Origin: a candidate division WWE3 bacterium
GTDB lineage: Bacteria > Patescibacteriota > 4484-211 > GCA-002791395
NCBI GenBank assembly: GCA_013335095.1
Contig: JAAXWF010000003.1
Location: forward strand, 69,960 to 133,959
Direction of reading: 5' to 3'
DNA length: 64,000 nucleotides
Shown: in pieces, positions 49,872 to 58,273 of the stretch
How positions within the stretch are numbered: the stretch's first letter is position 1
Layout: each line of letters opens with the position of its first letter
Notes under the pieces: model-generated
What the model was told of the DNA's origin: nothing
The model's input: the letters and a program-made list of their open reading frames with translations, nothing else
Databases searched by the model: none
Made by a program: the position numbers and the translations under genes

Positions 49872-49911
49872 GGCCGGCACTCCGAAAGGGATGCCGGCCT
49901 TTTCTTTTTTT
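49872..49911 (+). terminator. Strong intrinsic terminator ending the putative ncRNA
   Basis: ggccggcactcc-gaaa-gggatgccggcc-ttttcttttttt. Confidence 0.88.
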
Positions 49912-50761
49912 ACTCCATTGAATTAGGAACTATCACGTGAACAATACGTACACCAAAGTGTTTCAGTATTGTTTGACCATCGAGCATTGCATAGCCATCT
50001 GCATAGTACATCGTCCGAATGCCTGAGCATCCGATTAACTTTGCACACGCTGGGCAGGGAAATGTACTTACATAGAGATGGCTTCCTTTTGTCCGAAATC
50101 CATCTCTAGCTGCCATTGCGATTACATACGCTTCGGCATGAATTGCCGTGGTTAGATCAACATGCACTGCTTTATACAATGCATTACGCGGATCCCCGTC
50201 ACTATATGGGGTAAGTGGATGCGGGAGGTGACGGTTAAACCCCGTGATGAGTATTTGTCCTCGCGGGGAGACCAATACCGCTCCTACCTGACGCCACCAA
50301 TCCGAAGATTGATGCGCCGCTTTTTGTGCCCGCCCAAGCAGTTCAACATGACAAGCCTCTGCCGTGATGACTTGATCCGGTATAACCTCTTGTTCGGTAA
50401 CCGTACGCCGTTTATCCCATCGCAAAAAGATCGCCGAATAGATGGTCTGATTACGTTTGAAGTACTGGTGCGCCAATTGATGACACACATCTTCGTCGGG
50501 CATCACTATCAGTGAGGCTTGCATTGCTAGTTCCCGAAGACCGTCCTCATCGATTACACGAACGCTTGGTATGATCCCGATGACTCGTAGCGCATCAGCA
50601 ATCATATGGGGCGTGAGTGACCGAATCTCTTTGGCCAGGTAATCAAACTGATCAATTAACTCTTGTGAGATGATACAGAGTTGATCAGCATCAGCGTGGC
50701 ATTTAAGTAGATCGATATATCCACGATGAAGTATGGGGATATAGGCTACGATGACCTTCAT
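49910..50761 (-). CDS. dCMP deaminase-family protein with extra N-terminal domain
   Basis: RQVGAVLV, GFN, HAEA, TFPCPACAK; N-terminal PILHRGY (HxGH-like). Confidence 0.88.
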   Translation of the reverse strand: MKVIVAYIPILHRGYIDLLKCHADADQLCIISQELIDQFDYLAKEIRSLTPHMIADALRVIGIIPSVRVIDEDGLRELAMQASLIVMPDEDVCHQLAHQYFKRNQTIYSAIFLRWDKRRTVTEQEVIPDQVITAEACHVELLGRAQKAAHQSSDWWRQVGAVLVSPRGQILITGFNRHLPHPLTPYSDGDPRNALYKAVHVDLTTAIHAEAYVIAMAARDGFRTKGSHLYVSTFPCPACAKLIGCSGIRTMYYADGYAMLDGQTILKHFGVRIVHVIVPNSME

Positions 50762-51336
50762 CCATCACCCCCTACGAGTTGATCGATTTGTTGGGTTAGT
50801 TGTGCCAACAAATCCTTGATTTGGCTGGCTAGCGTAACATGCATCATCCGTATCCTGGCGGTTGTCGATGTGGTCGCCTGCGATTCGATTACCTCAATTG
50901 CGCCACAAAACTGCAGTAACTCAGCCAATTCATCTTCTGAGTATGCAGTTCTTCGAGATACCACGAGAACATCTGGCTTTACTGCGCGAATAAGTCCCCA
51001 ACGAACTTCTTCGGCTGGTTTGATATACACCAGTGTTACCGATCGCAAAAAACACAGCATCGTTACCCGTTCCTGTTCGGGAACTATCGGACGATGTGGT
51101 CCTTTGCGTTTTTTAATCCGCTCATCGCTATCGACCCCGACGATAAGCGCATCACCGAGTGCATGCGCTCGTTCAAGATATAGTCCATGACCCCAATGTA
51201 TGAGATCCCACGAACCTGATGTGAGAACGATCCGACATCCCAGTGTCCGTAGGGCTGACACTTTCGCAATAACGTCGTCAAGTGACGTACATACGCGACG
51301 TTCTGGTTCAGATCCAGCTCCAAATACATCGCCCAT
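50758..51336 (-). CDS. Cytidylyltransferase-like (RfaE domain II/TagD-type) nucleotidyltransferase
   Basis: SGSWDLIHWGH, VGVDSD...KGP.RP....ER, STT; SD AGGAGG before ATG 51336. Confidence 0.85.
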   Translation of the reverse strand: MGDVFGAGSEPERRVCTSLDDVIAKVSALRTLGCRIVLTSGSWDLIHWGHGLYLERAHALGDALIVGVDSDERIKKRKGPHRPIVPEQERVTMLCFLRSVTLVYIKPAEEVRWGLIRAVKPDVLVVSRRTAYSEDELAELLQFCGAIEVIESQATTSTTARIRMMHVTLASQIKDLLAQLTQQIDQLVGGDG

Positions 51337-51534
51337 GGCAAATCCTCCTGTTGTCTTCCAATGATCGGGTGGGCAGAGTGGGTATACTTTAGCCGATGTT
51401 ATTATAATGATCAATCGTCATTTGAGCCTTTATATCGGTATTTTAGTTGGACTCTTTCGCCGAGGCTCTTGTACCGTGGAAAACTAGTGTTTGTTTTCGA
51501 TCGAATCTGTACTAATATCAATACTAGAACGCGC

Positions 51535-53211
51535 ATGGCGAAATATATTTTTGTAACTGGCGGTGTCCTATCAGGACTTGGCAAAGGCATAACAGCCGCA
51601 TCTCTTGCGCTTTTACTTAAATCCCGAGGCTATACTATAACTGCAGCAAAATGTGACATGTATCTCAATGTAGATGCAGGTACGATGAACCCATTAGAAC
51701 ATGGAGAAGTGTTTGTGACTCAAGATGGTTTAGAGACTGATCAAGACTTAGGACATTACGAACGGTTCCTCTCAACTATGCTAACGCGAGATAATTACAT
51801 GACCAACGGTCAAATTTATTGGGAAGTACTACAAAAAGAACGTGCTCTTGAATATGGTGGGAAATGCGTTCAGCCGTATCACCATATACCTCCGGTTATC
51901 ATTAATCATTTGAATAAGGCTATACACGAACATCACGCCGATATTATTTTAGTCGAATTAGGCGGAACCGTTGGTGAATATGAAGGACTTTTATTTCTAG
52001 AAACAATCAGACGACTTAAAAGACAGTATCCCGGTGATGTCGCGCTGGTTCATGTTGGATATTTGCCTGCCCCAGCATCAATTGGTGAATTAAAGTCGAA
52101 ACCACTCCAACAATCAGTCACGCAACTTAATGCCGTTGGGCTCGAACCTGATTTTATTATTGCCCGAGCAGCTAAACCCATCGATCATATCCGTAAAGAA
52201 AAGATCGCCTTAGCAGCAGGACTACCGGTTGAACACATTATTTCAAATCCAGATGTAAAAAGTATCTATGAAGTTCCGTTGATCTTAAAAGAACAACATT
52301 TCGATGAGATCGTCCTTGATCGTCTTAATCTAAAACATAAGAAAAGTGATTTAAAGGATTGGGAGCATTTAGTGAGGCGAATAAAAGCCGATAAACCCGA
52401 AATCAAGATTGCGATGGTGGGGAAGTATCAGACAACAGGTGATTATACCCTTGAAGATGCGTACGTGTGTGTAGTTGAAGCACTAAAACATGCCGGTTGG
52501 GCTCAGGGTGTATCGCCAAAACTGACCTGGATTGATGCCGAAAAACTGCAAGAAAGTACGCCATCTCAAGTTGATGAAATATTAAAGGATTTTGATGGTA
52601 TGATCGTTCCTCAAGGATGGGGAAGTCGTGGAGTTGAAGGTAAGATTAAAGCGATTGAATATGCCCGCGAACATAAGCTCCCTTACCTCGGACTGTGTTT
52701 TGGAATGCAGATGGCTGTAATTGAGTTTGCCCGCCACGTTGTTGGTCTAACCGGGGCTAATTCAACCGAGGTTAACGATAAAACCAAGTATCCTGTGATT
52801 CACGTGATGCCACACCAAAAAGAGTACTTAGAAAACAAACAGTACGGTGGAACGATCCGCATGGGGCAATGGCCGTGTGTGTTAAAAGAAGGGACTCATC
52901 TGCATGCGGCATATCAGGAAATGTCAAAAGATATTCCCTATGTTGAACGCAAACGTCCGTTAACTGTACTAGAGCGTCATCGTCATCGATATGAGTTTAA
53001 CAACGAATTCAAAAAACAACTTGAGCAAGCGGGACTAATAATTTCGGGTACGTCTCCTGATGGAAAATTAGTTGAATCAGTAGAGCTGCCTACCGATGTC
53101 CATCCTTTTTTTGTTGCAACGCAGTTTCATCCGGAATATCAATCGTGGCCACTTATTCCTAATCCTGTATTTATGGCCTTTATTGAACATGTGCGCACCA
53201 ATTCAAAGTGA
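51535..53211 (+). CDS. pyrG: CTP synthase
   Basis: KYIFVTGGVLSGLGKG, HGEVFVT.DG.ETD.DLGHYERF, GLCFGMQ, ERHRHRYE, QFHPE. Confidence 0.98.
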   Translation: MAKYIFVTGGVLSGLGKGITAASLALLLKSRGYTITAAKCDMYLNVDAGTMNPLEHGEVFVTQDGLETDQDLGHYERFLSTMLTRDNYMTNGQIYWEVLQKERALEYGGKCVQPYHHIPPVIINHLNKAIHEHHADIILVELGGTVGEYEGLLFLETIRRLKRQYPGDVALVHVGYLPAPASIGELKSKPLQQSVTQLNAVGLEPDFIIARAAKPIDHIRKEKIALAAGLPVEHIISNPDVKSIYEVPLILKEQHFDEIVLDRLNLKHKKSDLKDWEHLVRRIKADKPEIKIAMVGKYQTTGDYTLEDAYVCVVEALKHAGWAQGVSPKLTWIDAEKLQESTPSQVDEILKDFDGMIVPQGWGSRGVEGKIKAIEYAREHKLPYLGLCFGMQMAVIEFARHVVGLTGANSTEVNDKTKYPVIHVMPHQKEYLENKQYGGTIRMGQWPCVLKEGTHLHAAYQEMSKDIPYVERKRPLTVLERHRHRYEFNNEFKKQLEQAGLIISGTSPDGKLVESVELPTDVHPFFVATQFHPEYQSWPLIPNPVFMAFIEHVRTNSK

Positions 53212-53239
53212 TTTTTCAATACATTAATAGCGGAAGTTT

Positions 53240-53449
53240 TTACGCTCCGGCAGTTAGCCGAATTCCTAGAAATGAAGCAACAATAACAACGATTAGAAAA
53301 GCGATTAATAGCTTTAAAATAAGTGAAGAAACGACTTTAAGAAATGATAACAACGTAACCGTAATCGAGAATACGACGATCAAGATAATTAAATATCGTG
53401 GAGTTAGTAAAATCGGTAAAACCGTTTGGAAAAATGTTGATAATGTCAT
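53240..53449 (-). CDS. Small hydrophobic membrane protein
   Basis: Two TM helices; TAGAAT 7 nt before ATG. Confidence 0.55.
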   Translation of the reverse strand: MTLSTFFQTVLPILLTPRYLIILIVVFSITVTLLSFLKVVSSLILKLLIAFLIVVIVASFLGIRLTAGA

Positions 53450-53487
53450 AACCTTTATTCTATAGTATAACGCGATGGCTCGAATGA

Positions 53488-53976
53488 TTAAAGCTGTGCC
53501 GGATGCATTCCACCTGCTAAACGTAATCTAAGTGCACCGAGTTGTAACAGTGATTCCGGTGCTAATCGAGATTTAACCGAACCGTCTTTATCCTGGTCGA
53601 TCAAGAATCCGAGATGTCTAATTGCGTGAATGACTACGTCTTGTTGTTTTAAATTTGCTGGGCGGGGGATAATCGGATTGGTTTGTTCAATCGCGGTAAA
53701 TTGCTCGAATTCAAGGGAATCGTTCGGCTCGATGGTGATAGCATCACAATAAATGAGATACGTAATGATGATCTGATTGGGATTTTCGAATCGCCAACTC
53801 GTTGAATGAACAATTGCTTTTTGTAGATTTAGACCTGGTATTGTTTGGGTGGCTAGCCATTGATGAACGGTATCGTCCGGATTTTGCGGGGTATTAGTTG
53901 TATCAAGTGGTGTTATGCGATATCGAATGGTTCTCTCGATTAATGTCGCGACTATACATTCAATGATCGTGTTCAT
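53488..53976 (-). CDS. Hypothetical protein
   Basis: ORF just downstream of tRNA-Leu; start moved to ATG 53976 to avoid the tRNA. Confidence 0.6.
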   Translation of the reverse strand: MNTIIECIVATLIERTIRYRITPLDTTNTPQNPDDTVHQWLATQTIPGLNLQKAIVHSTSWRFENPNQIIITYLIYCDAITIEPNDSLEFEQFTAIEQTNPIIPRPANLKQQDVVIHAIRHLGFLIDQDKDGSVKSRLAPESLLQLGALRLRLAGGMHPAQL

Positions 53977-53985
53977 GAATTTAAG

Positions 53986-54072
53986 TGGTGCCGGAGGAGA
54001 GACTCGAACTCTCACGGGTTTTGAATCCATCGGATTTTAAGTCCGACGCGTCTGCCATTCCGCCACTCCGGC
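53986..54072 (-). tRNA. tRNA-Leu (anticodon TAA)
   Basis: GCCGGAG..TGGCGGAATGGCAGACGC, anticodon arm TCGGA-CTTAAAA-TCCGA, long variable arm, GTTCGAGTC, encoded CCA. Confidence 0.97.
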
Positions 54073-54128
54073 TTATAAAACGTACCCCTGTATTGTATCA
54101 GACTTGCCCAGAATGTGGAGTATGCGCA

Positions 54129-54716
54129 CTATTTTTCTGAGGTCGTTGCGGGCGTTTCAAGGGGGATATTTTTAGATACACGTGAAATTGAACTGTTTGG
54201 AATAATATGAATGGCTTTATCGGGTGATTCAATGATCGTGGTACGTAAATTGACCTGTTTTACAACGCCTTTAACCCCGGCGATATCGACTACGTCGCCA
54301 ATGTTATATTGATTTTCCAAAATCATAAAAAAACCGGTTACAACATCCTGGACTAGCTTTTGAGATCCGAATCCTACCGCCAGTCCAACGACTCCGGCAC
54401 TGGTAATAATTGGCGCAATATTTACACCCCATTCGGCTAACGCCATAACAAATACAATTCCCCATACCAGAACAGCCGCGGCGTTGCCCATAATGCTTTT
54501 TAGTGTATGTAAACGAGGCGATATTGTGGTCGATGATCCGACACCGTCATTGATCCGTTTAAGAAGTCGGGATATTGAGGTATTTATTATTTGAATCGCA
54601 ATATACCCGGCAACCAAATATACCGAGGTTTTTATCAGTTTATTCGTATACACGGGCAGTTCAGCCATCAGTATTGTCGCGTTTTGTTGTAGTAATGCGG
54701 TATCTATTGGCTTCAT
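54129..54716 (-). CDS. Small-conductance mechanosensitive channel (MscS family, short)
   Basis: AGVVGLAVGFGSQ.LVQD...GF....ENQY.IGD, G.V..VNLRTT, IPNS. Confidence 0.88.
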   Translation of the reverse strand: MKPIDTALLQQNATILMAELPVYTNKLIKTSVYLVAGYIAIQIINTSISRLLKRINDGVGSSTTISPRLHTLKSIMGNAAAVLVWGIVFVMALAEWGVNIAPIITSAGVVGLAVGFGSQKLVQDVVTGFFMILENQYNIGDVVDIAGVKGVVKQVNLRTTIIESPDKAIHIIPNSSISRVSKNIPLETPATTSEK

Positions 54717-54790
54717 GTACCCCTCTATTGTACTGTTTCTGGCAAGAAATTGGTATGTTCGGAGATTTTTAACCGTATAATTATAAGTCA

Positions 54791-55297
54791 ATGAACATGT
54801 ATGGGTACGCTTTTTATCGACGAAATAGTGGTTGTCGGCTGTTATATTCCCTGACAGGTTTTGACTACCGGTGTCTTATATTTGGCGAAAAATCTTTGCA
54901 TACCTTTATTAACCGACTAATCACTGATCAACCAGATTATGTTATTGGATTTGGGGTGTACGGCGGCCGTGATCAGGATAAGCTCAGGATTGAAACTGTA
55001 TGTCGGAACACTTTTGGCCGTAAACCGGTTATCGAAGGCGGACCGCCTGAGTTACTGATGAAGCCGTTTATTCATCCGACATTAAATCTTAAGAATGCCA
55101 AGTGGATGGGAAATTCGTGGTGTAATCGGAGTTCGTACGAAATTACTAATCAAAAGGCACGCGGACAATTATCGTCGGCATTCACATTCATTCATGTACC
55201 TAAAAAGATAACCGAGGGACATATCTATGACCTACAATCTCAGATCGATTCATTATTACAGGGGGAGTTCGTTATTCCGGCAGAAGGCGTTCTATAA
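54791..55297 (+). CDS. Pyroglutamyl-peptidase I (C15)-like protein
   Basis: PDYVIGFG, RIE...RN, GNSWCN, FIHVP (Glu/Cys/His triad). Confidence 0.7.
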   Translation: MNMYGYAFYRRNSGCRLLYSLTGFDYRCLIFGEKSLHTFINRLITDQPDYVIGFGVYGGRDQDKLRIETVCRNTFGRKPVIEGGPPELLMKPFIHPTLNLKNAKWMGNSWCNRSSYEITNQKARGQLSSAFTFIHVPKKITEGHIYDLQSQIDSLLQGEFVIPAEGVL

Positions 55298-55832
55298 GGT
55301 TAAATTCTTGTTCGCAGCCGGGATATTGAACGGTACGTTTTTTCCCGTTTAAATTTACATAATAGGTAGCCGAATAGTCCATGACGACTGGGGCGTCGCA
55401 CTGCTTATCGAGTATATTTTGTTGTGAAATGGTCGTTTTAATCTGTTCGAGTGTTTGTGAAGATAGGGCTTTTTGACGTCTGTTGTATCCGTCATAAATT
55501 AATCGTCCATCTGTATATACGGTCGTGGTTTGGCTGCATGCACTTGGATTTTCACTACAATCACCGTTTGGCGTCTTGCCCCATGATTCACTTTTTTGAA
55601 AGATAATATCGTCGGTTGGTGTTATTGGGTTTTGATTTTGGTTGTTGTTTTGAGATGCCATTCGTCGGCCAAGTAGATACCCTCCGATACTAAAGATAAT
55701 CGCGCACACCACCGCTACGCGGACTAAGTTCGTCACATTTATTGCTGAGATGTTCATGAATGCTGGTTCAGCAGGTGATGTTTTGGGTAGGGAGTTTTTC
55801 TTTTTAGGACGTGTCGGGTTTTTTACCGGCAT
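55272..55832 (-). CDS. Hypothetical single-TM protein
   Basis: Basic N-terminus, TM, Cys-containing extracellular domain. Confidence 0.6.
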   Translation of the reverse strand: MPVKNPTRPKKKNSLPKTSPAEPAFMNISAINVTNLVRVAVVCAIIFSIGGYLLGRRMASQNNNQNQNPITPTDDIIFQKSESWGKTPNGDCSENPSACSQTTTVYTDGRLIYDGYNRRQKALSSQTLEQIKTTISQQNILDKQCDAPVVMDYSATYYVNLNGKKRTVQYPGCEQEFNLIERLLPE

Positions 55833-55983
55833 GGGTTTAGTCTAACCAAAGATATCTAATGAGGCAAGTTTTAAATTGATCTGATCGGGTAGGCAGTTGG
55901 TGTCAATGCGAATAATATGGGTAAGGATGGCGTTATATACAAACACCGCATTATTTATCTGCTGTGGTGGCAGATACTGCTTT

Positions 55984-56427
55984 TTAGGCTTTAATTGCAA
56001 TTGATTGAATATGCGAAACGGTGATCCAGGCTGCCATCGAGCCAAATCCCGCTTTATTAATAAAAAAGGGATGCACGTCGCGTACGTTGGAGAGAAATAT
56101 CAGGATACAGTATCTTTTACTACTAAATAAGTTTATGTAATGTCCAAGTTGATCGTCTGATATCCCGTCGGCTTTTCCGTATTCGGCAAGAATTTGGGTA
56201 ACTTTTTGGGGGGCTAGGTCTTCAAACTGGATAACGCGCGATACGCTTGCCGCAAGCTTCACTGGTTCTCCGGTATCTTTAAAATAAATCGTGTCTCCTG
56301 ATTCGACCTCGTTCCATGGGCGATAGCGGTGTTTGTACCAGCGTGATTCGATCTGTTTTTCACCAGAACGGATCTTTTCGGTTAACCCCCATGACTTGTT
56401 CATTATTGCGACATGATCGCGTGGCAT
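55984..56427 (-). CDS. ASCH/PUA-like domain protein
   Basis: I.SGEK.IESR, V..GD.IYFK. Confidence 0.75.
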   Translation of the reverse strand: MPRDHVAIMNKSWGLTEKIRSGEKQIESRWYKHRYRPWNEVESGDTIYFKDTGEPVKLAASVSRVIQFEDLAPQKVTQILAEYGKADGISDDQLGHYINLFSSKRYCILIFLSNVRDVHPFFINKAGFGSMAAWITVSHIQSIAIKA

Positions 56428-56444
56428 CGTAACGATAGTATAGT

Positions 56445-56951
56445 ATGAAGGGTGATATGGCTAAACCAGCATTTTCGATAGCGCGTATTGATGAACGGAT
56501 CAAGACTTTGTGGCCGTCTGCTTCTCCTACCGTGGCGGCACAATGGGCGATTGACTGTACTGTTCGTGTGTTGCCGTTTTTTGAACAGGAGTATCCAAAC
56601 GATACTCGGCCACGTCAGGCTCTTGCTGCACTCACGCAGTGGATGAATACCGGCGTATTTAAGATGGCCGTTATACGTACCGCGTCGCTTGATTCACATG
56701 CCGCGGCGCGCGAAGTTGGCAATGATACTCCCGCCCGATCAGCGGCTCGTTCTGCAGGACAAACGTGTGCAACGGCTCATGTTAAAGATCATGCAATTGC
56801 CGCAGCGATGTATGCTCAGCAGGCATTGTTTCGGAGCGCGCTACCAGAGCTGTCATTGGATTTGGTCGCCAGCGAACGAGAGTGGCAGTATGAGCATTTG
56901 TGTGAGCTTATTCGTGTATCACCAGCGGATGCTGTCTCTACTGACAAATAG
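56445..56951 (+). CDS. Imm5-like putative immunity protein
   Basis: WA.DC..RVL..FE...P.D.RPR.A, SHAAAR, AARSAGQ..ATAHV..HA. Confidence 0.65.
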   Translation: MKGDMAKPAFSIARIDERIKTLWPSASPTVAAQWAIDCTVRVLPFFEQEYPNDTRPRQALAALTQWMNTGVFKMAVIRTASLDSHAAAREVGNDTPARSAARSAGQTCATAHVKDHAIAAAMYAQQALFRSALPELSLDLVASEREWQYEHLCELIRVSPADAVSTDK

Positions 56952-56986
56952 AATTTCTGGTAAAAATAGCGTAGTATACGTACATC

Positions 56987-57265
56987 ATGGCGCACACTTC
57001 ACGCGAAGAATTACTCAAAAAGCTAGAACATGCTAAATCTATGGTCGAGATTGGGGCTGAGTATCAACATGTGAAGTCGGGAGGTCGGTATGTGGTGACC
57101 GATATCGTTATTCGCGAAGACAACGAAGAGATTCGGGTTATTTATCAGGAGTTAGAGCATACTCCAACAATCAGTTGGGATCGTTCGTTTGATGGTACCG
57201 ATGGTTGGATTGTGCCGACCGAAGTTGATGGTAAAGAATCTCCCCGGTTTGTTCGTTGTGCATAG
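56987..57265 (+). CDS. DUF1653-like small protein
   Basis: G.EYQH.KSGG.Y.V, V.YQ.L, W.R. Confidence 0.6.
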   Translation: MAHTSREELLKKLEHAKSMVEIGAEYQHVKSGGRYVVTDIVIREDNEEIRVIYQELEHTPTISWDRSFDGTDGWIVPTEVDGKESPRFVRCA

Positions 57266-57309
57266 GTCTTGTTTATCTTTATTATTTCTTGGTTTACAAT
57301 TTAGCGCAG

Positions 57310-57978
57310 ATGGATTTTTCAACCGATGAGAAATTGATTGTGCGCCAGTCGCTCGAGGTCTATGCGGCGATTATTTGTGTTTGGATTGTGTTGTGGATTA
57401 TTAAGTCGCCAATTAATGATCCGAGTACGTTTTTAGGGAGTTCTTTAGGTGGGGTGTTATTTTGGACGGTTGCGAAGGTGATTGTGTGGATTTTGCCGTC
57501 GCTGTATTTGATTCGTTTTTCTAATCGTACGGTTGGTGATGTGTTTAATGTTACGGCCTGGCGTCAGTGGCTTGTGTGGGGAGTTGGGAGTGGGATGCTC
57601 GTTGCGATTATTAATACGATTCCTAAGATTATGGCGAACCAGCCGCTTGTGCCGCCGCATTTTGCCATTTCGTATATGAGTGCAGGATTTATTACGCCGA
57701 TTTTGGAGGAGTTTTTTATGCGTGGCGCGTTGATGGGGAATATGCAAAAACAGTTTTCTTTTTGGAAGGCGAATGTGATTACGTCGGTGTTATTTTTAGG
57801 GCTTCATTTACCGGGATGGTATTTTATGGGAACGTTGGTTGATAATTTTACCAAACCAATTGGAGGTGCGTTTTCGATCTTTTTACTTGGGTTATTGTTT
57901 GGATACGTGACTCACAAAGGTAAATCTGTCTTGGCCGGTACGATTGTTCATAGTTTAAATAATTTGACGGTGGGGTAA
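57310..57978 (+). CDS. CPBP (CAAX prenyl protease-like/Abi) intramembrane metalloprotease
   Basis: EEFFMRG, F.G.H, H..NN. Confidence 0.85.
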   Translation: MDFSTDEKLIVRQSLEVYAAIICVWIVLWIIKSPINDPSTFLGSSLGGVLFWTVAKVIVWILPSLYLIRFSNRTVGDVFNVTAWRQWLVWGVGSGMLVAIINTIPKIMANQPLVPPHFAISYMSAGFITPILEEFFMRGALMGNMQKQFSFWKANVITSVLFLGLHLPGWYFMGTLVDNFTKPIGGAFSIFLLGLLFGYVTHKGKSVLAGTIVHSLNNLTVG

Positions 57979-58273
57979 TTGTACAAGGAGGCATTCCCGC
58001 GAGACGAAACCCTTTGGTAGCCCTCCAATCGTGATAATATCAATTATACCAATCAAATAAAAATCATTAAGTTGTACGATGATTTCCTCTAGATGGGCAC
58101 AGCTGCGACCATGCCATAACTATCAGATAGAAAAGCAAAAAAAGTAGGGCTAGTATATGCTAGAATCATGCTACCGAATGGTCTTTGTAGTGAAAGTACC
58201 TTTTAAGGGAGCAAATGTTGGCACAGTAATGTGATCCATCTTTGCTACATGGACCGCCTAGGATTAAACCAAT

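Larger units (their letters stand above)
49267..49911 (+). ncRNA. Putative large (~640 nt) structured ncRNA with three repeated four-way-junction modules; family not recognised
   Basis: Own promoter and terminator, no ORF in the track, nearly continuous hairpins, covarying internal repeats. Confidence 0.8.

Noticed and set aside
49267-49911. RNase P, tmRNA, SRP, 6S, or a ZTP/THF/c-di-AMP riboswitch
   Set aside because: Their signature sequences were not seen, and no same-strand gene follows to be regulated. A formal Rfam scan is still needed.
53977-54030. N-terminal extension of ORF 53488-54030
   Set aside because: It runs through tRNA-Leu; the real start is more likely 53976.
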